Assembly: GCA_963737265.1 (NCBI GenBank)
Contig: CAVTRY010000007.1
Location: 1-64,000 of the forward strand
Reading direction: 5' to 3'
Origin: an uncultured delta proteobacterium
GTDB taxonomy: Bacteria; Myxococcota_A; Polyangia; Fen-1088
Length of the DNA: 64,000 nt
In this document: positions 1 through 8,749 of the stretch, in pieces
Layout of the letters: the number at the start of each line of letters is the position of its first letter
Position numbering within the stretch: the stretch's first letter is position 1
Program-made: the position numbers and the translations under genes
The notes under the pieces: generated by a model
What the model saw: the letters and a program-made list of their open reading frames with translations, nothing else
The model's database searches: none
What the model was told of the DNA's origin: nothing

Positions 1-1326
1 CGCTCGGTAGCCGGCGAAGTACGGTGTTCCGGGAAAGGTGAAGGCCCACGTCAGCAGGCCGCCAAGCTTCACCCCCATGCTCGCCTCCAGCTCCAGGGTG
101 TGCTTCATCATGGCGATCTCGTAGGCACCGTAGGCCGGCGAGAAGCGATAGGCATCGGACGATGTCGGCGTCGCCGCGCATGCGGCGCATCCGTCGGGGT
201 CAGCTTCGGTGACGTAGATGGGCGTCTGCTTGAACGCCGCGATGCTACTTACCGCGCTAAAGCCAGACTGGTGCAGGCTGAGCTGGTGACCGAGGTTCAT
301 CTCGACGTGGCCGCCGGTGACCGTCGTTCCGCCCTTGGCGTGGAAGGTGACGAGATCCAGGCGCGTTCCGGTTTTTCCGGTGACGGCATTGGTTCCTGTC
401 GCACAGTGCCGCAGAAATTGGGTCAAGAACGAGCTGCCCGCGCCCGCCACCGCGGGGCCGCCCAGTTGGGCGGTCGGCAGCACGCCGTGCAGCGCCGCCT
501 CGGCGTGGTCGTAGAGCTTGTCGTATTCCGCGGGCGTTCCCTGCCAGTAGGCGCCATCAGGCTCATTCCACAGCTCCCACAGCCAAGACGTCGCCACATT
601 CGCGTAGCGGTCGTTCGAGTGCGTTGCCCAGGTCGCGATGAGGTCGCCCCACTTGGTGTAGTCCGTGGGCGGAAAAAAGCAGCCACCGTTGAGCGCGAGG
701 ACGGATGAGTTCTGGTACGGCGTCGGGTGGGTCGACAGCGCCTCGGGCATGAACCCAATCTCGACGAAGGGAAAGGCTCCCGCTCCCGTGAGCGCGTCCA
801 TAATCCCATCCATCAACGTCCACGAATAAACCGGATTGCCCGAGGCGTCCTCGGTGTACACGTTGGTGGATCCCCACTTGAGCGAGGGCGTGCCGTTGCC
901 GGTATTGAGGAGAAAATGCGAGCGAATGTGCACCGGAGCCGTGTGCGCCGTCGCCAAGGTCTTGAGCAGCGACTCGCCTTCGGTGGTCGTCGAGTAGTTA
1001 ACCTCGTCGAAGCCATGATACGGCCAGATGCGCTCGAGCGGCGTGCCGGCCGCCGTGGCATCGACGGAGATGGTAATGGTCTGCGCCTGCGCTCGACCGC
1101 AAAAGCCACTGCCCACGATCGTGACGATGGCGACGGAGAGAAAAAGGTGCTCAAGACGTGTCCATAAATGGACCCGTCTTGAAGATTTTTGAAGGGAGGG
1201 CCGCTGCCCTCCCCTCGTCCGCGAAGTAAATTCGCGGACTTCACCCCACCTGCGGCCGAGCCCTTGGCTCGGCTGCTGAAGAACTGTCCAATTTTTGGAC
1301 AGTTCTTCACCGCGCGCTGTGGACAT
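1..1326 (-). CDS. GH39 beta-xylosidase-like glycoside hydrolase, runs off the left edge of the window (absent from the ORF track)
   Basis: Hand translation of the minus strand gives LKWGSTNVYTEDASGNPVYSW, PFVEIGFMP, WELWNEPD (acid/base), LDLVTFHAKG, YVTEADPDGCAAC (nucleophile) and LTWAFTFPGTPYFAG. The frame is open up to an ATG at 1326, which is preceded by GGTGAG. Confidence 0.85.
   Translation of the reverse strand, partial: MSTARGEELSKNWTVLQQPSQGLGRRWGEVREFTSRTRGGQRPSLQKSSRRVHLWTRLEHLFLSVAIVTIVGSGFCGRAQAQTITISVDATAAGTPLERIWPYHGFDEVNYSTTTEGESLLKTLATAHTAPVHIRSHFLLNTGNGTPSLKWGSTNVYTEDASGNPVYSWTLMDGIMDALTGAGAFPFVEIGFMPEALSTHPTPYQNSSVLALNGGCFFPPTDYTKWGDLIATWATHSNDRYANVATSWLWELWNEPDGAYWQGTPAEYDKLYDHAEAALHGVLPTAQLGGPAVAGAGSSFLTQFLRHCATGTNAVTGKTGTRLDLVTFHAKGGTTVTGGHVEMNLGHQLSLHQSGFSAVSSIAAFKQTPIYVTEADPDGCAACAATPTSSDAYRFSPAYGAYEIAMMKHTLELEASMGVKLGGLLTWAFTFPGTPYFAGYRA
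1151..1309. mobile_element. Palindromic MITE (153 bp plus TCA target duplication) inserted in frame in the GH39 5' end
   Basis: TCA direct repeats at 1151-1153 and 1307-1309. Ends are AGACGTGTCCATAAAT and the reverse complement AGAACTGTCCAAAAAT (13/16). Five internal hairpins. Removing it restores MSTARGEHLFLSVAIVTIVGSGFCGRAQA. Confidence 0.75.
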
Positions 1327-1437
1327 GATTCTCACCAAAGCTCACAAGCCTCGCCAGAGGGTATCAGGTTGCGCCCGACCCGTCCAACGGCCAAAAATGC
1401 GACCGCGTTACTCCGAAATTGGAGGCGAGTTATGGAG

Positions 1438-2139
1438 TCAGGGCAGCTCGCTGGTGGCGCCGCTGTCGCCGAAGGCGACCAATTCCATCGTGTAGGCGTG
1501 GTCGATGCCTTGGCTTCGCACCAAGCCCGAAACGGGCACGGCGGGATGGGACCACGATGTCGCTGCCGAATGCCAAGGGCCAAAGGTTGCGTCCGTGCGC
1601 GCCTTGAAACAGCCGGAAAAGCGGCCCGCGGCGACGTCCACATCCTCCTGCGGTAGCCCCTGCCACGCCACGACAAGCAGGTTCACCGTGCCCTGCCACA
1701 TCGATTTCATCAGTTGCAGCATCGGACCCGTGAGCTCGGTCACCCGCCCTTCCTTGTCCTTCATCTTGACCGCACGGACCTCCATCGTCGCGGGATTCAT
1801 GCGGTCGCCTATAAATAGGAGCATCTTGGTCAAGGTTTTGCCGAAGTAGTCCTCGCGCAACACCTCGATCCAATAGGCGCCGGCTTCCTCACCGACGATT
1901 TTGTAGGTCAAGAACGACGGCTGCCCTTTGTCGTTGACCATCTTGTGCAGGGTCCACTGTCCGACCACCATGGGCCGCGGCGCGAAGACCGCGGGGGCCG
2001 AGAAGGTCTGCCCTCCGGGCGCGAGCGTTGCGACGCGGCGATCGATATCCGCCTTGGCCGCCGGGTCGATGCTTGGGCCGCACGCCGTGGCCACGAGGGC
2101 GAAAACACCTACTGCGATTCGAGAAAGTAGTTTTGCCAT
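1438..2139 (-). CDS. Hypothetical lipoprotein
   Basis: 233-aa ORF with lipobox VATAC; no family recognised. Confidence 0.75.
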   Translation of the reverse strand: MAKLLSRIAVGVFALVATACGPSIDPAAKADIDRRVATLAPGGQTFSAPAVFAPRPMVVGQWTLHKMVNDKGQPSFLTYKIVGEEAGAYWIEVLREDYFGKTLTKMLLFIGDRMNPATMEVRAVKMKDKEGRVTELTGPMLQLMKSMWQGTVNLLVVAWQGLPQEDVDVAAGRFSGCFKARTDATFGPWHSAATSWSHPAVPVSGLVRSQGIDHAYTMELVAFGDSGATSELP

Positions 2140-2201
2140 GGACGCGATACTGCCAGCTACGGCTGCCGTGTCCAGGTTGAATTGCTCGCCGCAAGTAGAG
2201 C

Positions 2202-2534
2202 GTGTTTACGCTATTGTCACGTCATTGTTGGCAATCAGTTTCTTTTTGCACGGTCAAGAACGACCAAAATAAGGTGGCCGCGGTCCTCAATCAGATCCAC
2301 GGTCGCAATCACGACGGAACGACGTCGCCCGGCATTCCCACGGTGTTCGGCATGAATTTTCAGGCGGTCAGCGTGGGCCAGAAGCTGGCCAAGGATAACT
2401 ACGACGGCAGTTGCGTGCCGGTGGCAACCTCGCAGGTCGCGCCCACCATCCTGCGCTCGCTGGGGCTCGATCCCGCGGCGTTGAGGTCGGTGCAGGTGGA
2501 ACATACGCCGGCTCTTCCGGGCCTTTCCGAGTAG
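2202..2534 (+). pseudogene. Fragment of an alkaline-phosphatase-superfamily (phosphodiesterase-like) gene
   Basis: KVAAVLNQIHG...PTVFGMNFQAVSVGQKL is joined directly to a C-terminal QVAPTILRSLGLDP...LPGL. The N-terminus and middle appear missing. Confidence 0.55.
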
Positions 2535-2637
2535 TCGCAATTCGGGCGCGGGAATTGCAGTCTTGGGCAATTGAATTGGACTTAGCTCTGAAAAGAGGGG
2601 AGTATCACCCTCGGTAAATAGGAAGGGGGGTGACACC

Positions 2638-2769
2638 ATGGGTGATAAATCTCCGAAATCGAAAGAACGATCGCGGAAGCAGGACACGGCGGGCAAGGAT
2701 CAGCGGCGGGCCGCGATTGCGGCGAGGGCAGTCTTGTCAGCGTCGAGCGTTGGCAAAAAGAGCAAGTGA
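2638..2769 (+). CDS. Small basic protein, 43 aa (MGDKSPKSKERSRKQDTAGKDQRRAAIAARAVLSASSVGKKSK)
   Basis: Purine-rich RBS (GGAAGGGGGGTG) before ATG 2638, stop at 2767-2769, hairpin downstream. Confidence 0.65.
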   Translation: MGDKSPKSKERSRKQDTAGKDQRRAAIAARAVLSASSVGKKSK

Positions 2770-2779
2770 GCTTGGCCAC

Positions 2780-2803
2780 CGGGGCGGGAACCAACCCGCC
2801 CCG
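2780..2803. terminator. GC-rich hairpin between convergent genes
   Basis: CGGGGCGGG-aaccaa-CCCGCCCCG, a 9-bp perfect stem with no clear U tract. Confidence 0.45.
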
Positions 2804-2813
2804 TAAGCGTAGA

Positions 2814-5800
2814 TTACTTCACCGTCAGGCCGAGGCTGAGGGTTCGGACCGTGCTTCCAGCCGTGGCCTTGATGGTCAGGGTGGCCGGGCCGGTCGCGGC
2901 CGTGGATGCGGCGGACAGCTTCAGGACCGTGCTGCCGTTTCCGGGCGCCGGCAGGCTCGATGGCGTGAAGGTCGCGGTGACGCCAGCAGGTAGTCCCTGG
3001 ACCGTAAACGCGACCGCCGCACTGAAGCCACCCAACGCCGCGGTTGTCACGTTGGTTGTAACCGTGCTTCCCCGGCTCAGCGCGAGCGTTGTGACGTTCA
3101 TGGAGAGCGTTGTGCCCGGGACGAGCAGAGTCAAGGGCGCCGTCTTGGTGACGCCACCGCCGGCCGCGGTCACAGTCAAGGGATAGCTGCCACCGGTCAC
3201 GCTGCTTGCGACGGCCACGTTGAGCGAGCTACTTCCCGAGCCGGGCGTGCCGATCGACTGAGAGGCCACGGTGACTCCAGCCGGCAAGCCGGTCACGCCG
3301 ATGGTGACGGCCGAGCTGAAGTTGCTCGTACCCGCGATCTTTGCCGCGAAGGTTCCGACAGATCCCGGCGCGACACTGATGGAAGTTGGGCTAACGGTCA
3401 GCACGAAGGTCGGCGGTGGAAGCACGGTGAGGGCGAGCGGAGCCGTCTTGGTGACGCCGCCGCCGGTCGCGGTCACGGTCAAAGTATAGCTGCCGGCGGC
3501 TGCGCTCCCACCGGCGGTCACCGCCACGGTGCTGCTTCCCGCGCCGGGCGCGCTGATGAGGCCGGAGGAGACGGTAATCCCCGCGGGCATTCCCGTCACA
3601 CGGAGCGTGACGGCTGAATTGAAATTGCCCGTGCCCAGGATCTTTGCCGTGATCGTTCCACTACCTCCCGGCGACACGCTGACGGAAGTTGGGCTTAACG
3701 TCAGCGTGAAGCTGGGGGGCGGGAGCATGGTGAGGGCGAGTGGCGCCGTCTTGGTGACGCCGCCACCGGTCGCGGTCACCGTCAAACTGTAGCTGCCGGC
3801 GACCGCGCTACTGCCGACGGTCACGCCGAGCGCGCTGATTCCCGAACCGGGCGCACTGATGAGCCCGGTGGAGGGCGTGACCCCGGCTGGCATTCCCGTC
3901 ACCTTGAGCGTGATGGCGGAATTGAAGGTCGTGGTGCGGATGGTGGTGGCCGTGGTCGAGCCGCTGTTCCCGGCCACGACGCTTACCGCGGTCGGGCTCA
4001 GGGTTAGCGAGAAGCTCGGGGCGGGGAGCACGTTGATGGCGAGCAGAACGGTCTTGGTCGTGCCGCCGCCGGTCGCGGTGACGGTCACGGGATAGGTGCC
4101 ACCGGCCGTGGTGGCGCTGACCGTCGCGGTGATTACGCTCGATCCTGCGCCGGGCGCGGCGATCGTGGTGGACGATAACCTGGCGGTCACTCCCTGGGGC
4201 AGACCGGTGATGGCGAGTCTGACGGCGGCGTTGAAGGCGGAGTTGCGCGTGGTGGTCACGGTGGTGTTTCCGCTGGCCCCGGCGGGGACGTCGAGGGTAG
4301 CGGGAACGAAGGTCAGGGCAAGTGTCGGGGCGTTGATCACCGTGAAAGCGAGTGCGGCGCTGTGTGAAGTACTGCCGGACGTGCCGGCGATGGTCAGCGC
4401 ATAGGTCCCTGGCGTCGCGCTGGACGCCGCTGTGAGCGTCAGGGTGGTGGTGCCCGAGCTCGTCAGCGAGGCTGGGGCAAAGCTGGCCGTGACCCCGGCT
4501 GGCACGCCGGTCACCGAAAAGCCGACGGCTGAATTGAATCCGTTGTTCAATTTCACGGTGAAGGTCGCCGTGGTGCTGGCGCCGGGAAGCACCGAGGCCG
4601 AGCTCGCCGTACCCGCGATCTGGAAATTGGGCTGTGCGGTTCCTTCCGACCAGTGATTCACAAGCTGCGTGGCATCGACCGAGCCCAAGCCGGTTGCCAT
4701 GTCGTAGCCAGGGCCGGCGCCATAGCCGGTAACGCCCGGCACGGTGTTGGTGCCTTTGACAATATCGTGAAAGATCGCCGCTCCGCCGCTGTAGTTCTGG
4801 TTGTAGGCAAGAGCATAGAGCACGGGGTTGACCAGACCCTGTTGCCGGCCGATTTTCTGCAGAACCAGGGCCATGATGCTCGCGAACACCGGCGTTGCCG
4901 CCGACGTTCCGCCAACGCCCATAAATTGATTGTCGCCGTAGATCCGGTAGGCATCCTGGATGGCCGCCGCCATGGCCACATCGGGAATGGAGCGCTTGCC
5001 ATCGGCCAGTACGCCAAGGCCGAACTGCCAAACCGGCTTGGCGTAGATCGTGCTCACGCCGCCGCCGCTGGCATAAAGGCCGCTGGCACTTTCGTTCCAC
5101 ACCATCTCGGGGATGTAGCCGAGAGCCGATGCCTGTGTCGTCGGATCGTTGCTCGCGCTCCAGTAGAGCGACCGGTTCGTCGTATCGTCGAACTGGGTGC
5201 CGCCCACCGAGGTGTTGAAGGGCGTGGAGCCGAGGCCGTTGATGCCAAGACCGCCCGTGGCCACGGCGGCATTCATTTGATCGCAGCCGGCGGCGCCGCT
5301 GTCCATCGAGGCAACGAAGACCGACATACCCTGGGTTGCCGCCTGCTGCCACAAGCTATTGAGCATCAGATTGCCCGAGACTCCGACGGCCTTTTCGCAC
5401 AGGCCATAGCTTAGCGACAGAATGGGCGCGACGTTGTGATTCACGGCGTATTGAGCCGCGAGATAGATGCCGTCGCTGGCAGAGGTCGATGCGGACACGA
5501 CGAATTTGACCGTGGCTTTCTTCGCCAGGGCACTCGCCCATTCCACGTCCAGGTACGATTCTACCTCGTCGCCGCCGCATAGAATGCCGGGGTCTTTGCC
5601 ATTGACAATGATTTGCGGGTCGTTGGCCGGCAATCCGTAGGTCGCGCGGAAGGTGCGCACGTTCGCGACGTCGATGTTGCTGCGCCCGACAACCGCGATG
5701 CTCTGTCCCGTGCCGTCCAGCGACGCCGCGTACAAGGGCGCGACATTGTAGATCTTCACCAGGTCTTGCGGTACCAGGGCACTCTGCTGAATGCCGTTGT

Positions 5801-6524
5801 AGTACCAGGTGTTTTCCGAACCCGACTGTCCCGCGAGGACGCTGGCTGGTTTGGTTTGGAAATCGTGCAGTGAAACCACGCCGGAAACGACGTTGGCCAA
5901 GGCGCGGGGAATTTCAGGATCGCTCGCGTTGGCATGATGGACTTCGCCGTCGACCAGGTAGGCGCGGATGGGTGTATGAAAGGCGGCTTCGACCTCGGCG
6001 GCCGTGCCGGTGAACTGGAGCAAGCGACCTCCGCTCGACACCTCGTCGATGGTCATGCCCTGGCTTTGCAGCCACGAGGAGACCACCGCCACGTCGTGCC
6101 CCGAGATACCGAATTTCTCGGCGTAGGCCTCGGGAGTCAGCCACTGGTGGTGCGAGGGGGAGGTGGCATCGTGTTGCGCGTGGAGGAGAGCTTGCAGCGC
6201 CTGCTCTTGCACCTCATCCGGGCTCAGGACGAGCATCATTCGCTCCATAAGATGATCCGACGGAGCTGGTCCGGTTTCGAATTCCGCTCGCGCGAGCGGG
6301 TGCCGGTGGCCTGGCAGGGCGACGCGATCCTGGGCATCGATCGCCGTCAGCAGGCGGTCGACGGGCCGGACCGTCAACGGATCCGGCGCGGAGCTGCCGG
6401 AAATCGAGGTGCTGCTCGGGGATGAGACTCCCTCCATTGGCTGTCCGTCGCAGGACGTACCTAGCAGCGAGCACAACGAACCCAGCAGCAGCGATTCGCT
6501 GACCCAACGAGGCAGGCGTGACAT
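2814..6524 (-). CDS. S53 (sedolisin/kumamolisin-like) peptidase with pro-domain and C-terminal Ig-like repeats
   Basis: Pro-domain HQWLTPEAYAEKFG; motifs ESYLDVE, SMDSG, PDVA, GGTSAATP, GYDMATGLGS. AAGGAG RBS and possible lipobox LGTSC. Confidence 0.92.
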   Translation of the reverse strand: MSRLPRWVSESLLLGSLCSLLGTSCDGQPMEGVSSPSSTSISGSSAPDPLTVRPVDRLLTAIDAQDRVALPGHRHPLARAEFETGPAPSDHLMERMMLVLSPDEVQEQALQALLHAQHDATSPSHHQWLTPEAYAEKFGISGHDVAVVSSWLQSQGMTIDEVSSGGRLLQFTGTAAEVEAAFHTPIRAYLVDGEVHHANASDPEIPRALANVVSGVVSLHDFQTKPASVLAGQSGSENTWYYNGIQQSALVPQDLVKIYNVAPLYAASLDGTGQSIAVVGRSNIDVANVRTFRATYGLPANDPQIIVNGKDPGILCGGDEVESYLDVEWASALAKKATVKFVVSASTSASDGIYLAAQYAVNHNVAPILSLSYGLCEKAVGVSGNLMLNSLWQQAATQGMSVFVASMDSGAAGCDQMNAAVATGGLGINGLGSTPFNTSVGGTQFDDTTNRSLYWSASNDPTTQASALGYIPEMVWNESASGLYASGGGVSTIYAKPVWQFGLGVLADGKRSIPDVAMAAAIQDAYRIYGDNQFMGVGGTSAATPVFASIMALVLQKIGRQQGLVNPVLYALAYNQNYSGGAAIFHDIVKGTNTVPGVTGYGAGPGYDMATGLGSVDATQLVNHWSEGTAQPNFQIAGTASSASVLPGASTTATFTVKLNNGFNSAVGFSVTGVPAGVTASFAPASLTSSGTTTLTLTAASSATPGTYALTIAGTSGSTSHSAALAFTVINAPTLALTFVPATLDVPAGASGNTTVTTTRNSAFNAAVRLAITGLPQGVTARLSSTTIAAPGAGSSVITATVSATTAGGTYPVTVTATGGGTTKTVLLAINVLPAPSFSLTLSPTAVSVVAGNSGSTTATTIRTTTFNSAITLKVTGMPAGVTPSTGLISAPGSGISALGVTVGSSAVAGSYSLTVTATGGGVTKTAPLALTMLPPPSFTLTLSPTSVSVSPGGSGTITAKILGTGNFNSAVTLRVTGMPAGITVSSGLISAPGAGSSTVAVTAGGSAAAGSYTLTVTATGGGVTKTAPLALTVLPPPTFVLTVSPTSISVAPGSVGTFAAKIAGTSNFSSAVTIGVTGLPAGVTVASQSIGTPGSGSSSLNVAVASSVTGGSYPLTVTAAGGGVTKTAPLTLLVPGTTLSMNVTTLALSRGSTVTTNVTTAALGGFSAAVAFTVQGLPAGVTATFTPSSLPAPGNGSTVLKLSAASTAATGPATLTIKATAGSTVRTLSLGLTVK
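2820..4630 (-). repeat. About six tandem ~100-aa Ser/Thr-rich Ig-like domain repeats in the S53 gene
   Basis: A segment encoding Y.LTVTATGGGVTKT recurs near 3140, 3443, 3746 and 4049 (303-nt period). Confidence 0.85.
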
Positions 6525-6528
6525 GGTG

Positions 6529-6612
6529 AGCTCCTTTCGGTAACCCGGCTAACTCAGTGAGTCCCGTGGCTTTGCGTCCCCCGGTCGCCCGGGGTTTGCT
6601 CTTATCGAGGAA
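6529..6612 (-). promoter_or_regulatory. GEMM-I (c-di-GMP-I fold) riboswitch, A20 variant (predicted c-AMP-GMP sensing)
   Basis: Minus strand reads TTCCTCGATAAGAGCAAACCCCGG-GCGA-CCGGGGGACGCAAAGCCACGGGACTCACTGAGTTAGCCGGGTTACCGAAAGGAG. The GCAAAC/GACGCAAAGC core, GNRA tetraloop and P3 stem are present. Confidence 0.9.
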
Positions 6613-6659
6613 TCCGAATTTCAATAGGTAGGCTAAGGCGAAGCTTCACATGCTTAGAC

Positions 6660-6676
6660 AGCAACCAACGTGCCAG
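6660..6676 (-). promoter_or_regulatory. Sigma54 (-24/-12) promoter upstream of the riboswitch and S53 gene
   Basis: CTGGCAC-GTTGG-TTGCT, an exact TGGCAC-N5-TTGC match. Confidence 0.75.
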
Positions 6677-6952
6677 CCGGCTGGCGTTGCGGGCGACTTC
6701 GCGCTATCCCCACGCGTCCGTTCCACATTCTCGTCGGGTCGTTGCGTGCGAGCGGGCGCGACCGGGCCCGCAATCGAAAACAGAATGCGGCAGTTTGCAC
6801 ACCGACTGACAATAATTGGCCAGGCCGGGCCGACGTCCTCGGCGTTGGCAGTTGCGCCGAGACGGCTCTTGACGAATCGCGCTTGACCTTGCCAGGCTGC
6901 CATGGCCATCGATTGTCTAGGATAGAGGAAACAACGCGATGACGAGAAGAGA

Positions 6953-7519
6953 ATGAGCCTCGAAGCGATCGTCAGCAGCTTTGCGCTGGTGGCTGTGAGC
7001 GAGATGGGCGACAAGACCCAGCTGCTGGCATTTTCGCTCGCCAGCCGCTTTCGTCGGCCGTGGACGATCATGGCCGGAATTCTCGTCGCGACCGTGGCCA
7101 ACCACGCGCTCGCATCCTCGGTCGGGGCCTGGATCTCGGGGCATGTTCCCGAGCGGGCGATGGCGGGGATCTTGGCCGCCACATTCATCGGGTTCGGAGT
7201 CTGGACTCTGCGTCCCGATACGATCGACGAAATTGACGAGTCGGCGCGGTTCGGTCCATTCCTGACCACCGCGGTCCTGTTTTTTCTAGCCGAGATGGGC
7301 GACAAGACCCAACTCGCGACCGTCGCCTTGGCGGCACGTTTTCACAGCGCCGTCATGGTCACCATGGGAACGACCCTCGGCATGATGGCGTCCGACGGCC
7401 TGGCGGTTTTTCTCGGCGAGAAGCTTTCGTCGCGCGTACAAGGCCGCTGGGTGCGCTTCGTCGCCGCGGGGCTGTTTTTCGCCTTCGGGTTGGGGGCGCT
7501 GTGGGCGGCGCTCGGATAG
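6953..7519 (+). CDS. TMEM165/GDT1 (UPF0016) family Mn2+/Ca2+ exporter
   Basis: Two EMGDKTQL motifs in a hydrophobic 188-aa protein. Confidence 0.95.
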   Translation: MSLEAIVSSFALVAVSEMGDKTQLLAFSLASRFRRPWTIMAGILVATVANHALASSVGAWISGHVPERAMAGILAATFIGFGVWTLRPDTIDEIDESARFGPFLTTAVLFFLAEMGDKTQLATVALAARFHSAVMVTMGTTLGMMASDGLAVFLGEKLSSRVQGRWVRFVAAGLFFAFGLGALWAALG

Positions 7520-8171
7520 ACGTTTGCCGATCGGGATGGTCTTGCTACCGTGGTTTTCGCCCCTGGCCGAGGTACGCCGTGGAGCCCAGGCGCAGCGGGA
7601 ATGGCCCGTAGTGGCTAGCGAGAAAGTCGCGCATGATGGCCATGCGCCGATTCCACTCGGATTCGCCGACATCGCGGCGGACGAGCTCGAACGGAGCGTT
7701 GCCGCGGGTCAGGCCATCGCACAATTCGTCGAGAGCGCGAAACTCGCGCTCGCGATAGACCGGCTCCACGACAACGTCGACGAAACCGGCCGCTTGCATC
7801 TCGCGGGCAAAACGCACCGGGTCTTGCAAGGTCATCACGTTTTTCTGCGGCGACGGCGCGCTGGGATCCGCAGCCTTGAACGCTGCGAAGCGGGCCAACA
7901 TTAGCGGGGACTTCTCCACTGGTGCCCAACTGGTGACGAAGGCGCGGCCTCCCGGACGCAGCACGCGCAGTAGCTCGCAGAAACCGCGCGGCCGATCGGG
8001 GAAGAACATCAGCCCGAACATCGAGAACCCGAGGTCGAAGCTTGCGTCGGCATAGGGCAGAGCCTGTCCGTCGCCCTGGGTGACGACGACGTTGCGCAGG
8101 CCGAGCGCATTCGCCCGCGACCGGCAGCGTGCCACCATTTCGGCAGAAAAGTCGATGGCGTCCACATGCCC

Positions 8172-8749
8172 GGGTGCTTCCCTGAAATGGGGGCTGGGGC
8201 TTCACCTCGCCCCGCGCAGGTGGGATCGGAGGGAAAAACAGGGAGGAACGGAGGACCAGAGGAATCACGGGTTGGGTTGACGAGGCGGCGGAGACCCTCG
8301 CGAAGTACGGGGACGTGGAAATTGACGAGCAGGCCCACCGGCAGTCGTAGGAGCTTGAGATAGGTAATGATTGTGCCAAGTGGACAGGAAGCAACTGCTC
8401 TACCGCCTTGACTTCGACGACCAAACGGCCTTCCACCATGAGGTCGAGGCGATAGCCGCAGTCGAGGTCAATGCCTTTGTACTGCAGAGAAATCGCGACC
8501 TGACGTTGCGTGCGAAATCCACGCAGGCCTAGCTCGCGCGCCAGGCAGTGCTCGTAGGCCGACTCAAGCAGCCCGGGACCGAGGTGACGGTGGACTTCGA
8601 TGCAGGCGGCGATAATTTGCCCAGTAAAGTCATCCTGTCTCTGTTTCTCCGTTCCTCGCTGTTCCATATCTGCGTTTTCGGCGGCACTCCGCCAGAAGTT
8701 GCTACCTCACCGAGCCCCCGGCTGGGGCCCCCGTTTCAGGGAGGCACCC
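8172..8749. mobile_element. Non-autonomous insertion cassette with terminal inverted repeats carrying a GxxExxY gene
   Basis: Left IR GGGTGCTTCCCTGAAATGGGGGC and right IR (reverse complement) GGGTGCCTCCCTGAAACGGGGGC match at 21/23. A 9-bp duplication CACATGCCC lies at 8163-8171 and 8750-8758. No transposase. Confidence 0.93.
8276..8667 (-). pseudogene. GxxExxY protein (PD-(D/E)XK-like), frameshifted
   Basis: IEVHRHLGPGLLESAYEHCL...YRLDLMVEGRLVVEVKAV. One base is missing near 8370, after which the other frame continues ITYLKLLRLPVGLLVNFHVPVLREGLRRLVN. Confidence 0.88.

Noticed and set aside
1245-1254. 10-nt match (CCCACCTGCG) between the two mobile elements
   Set aside because: Too short in GC-rich DNA, and the IRs and duplication lengths differ.
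6780-6952. yybP-ykoY manganese riboswitch expected upstream of TMEM165/GDT1
   Set aside because: Hairpins exist, but no GGGGAGUA-type core is visible. A cmscan would be needed.
7615-8667. 350-aa GxxExxY fusion ORF in the track
   Set aside because: Artefact of the frameshift near 8370 reading through the element end.
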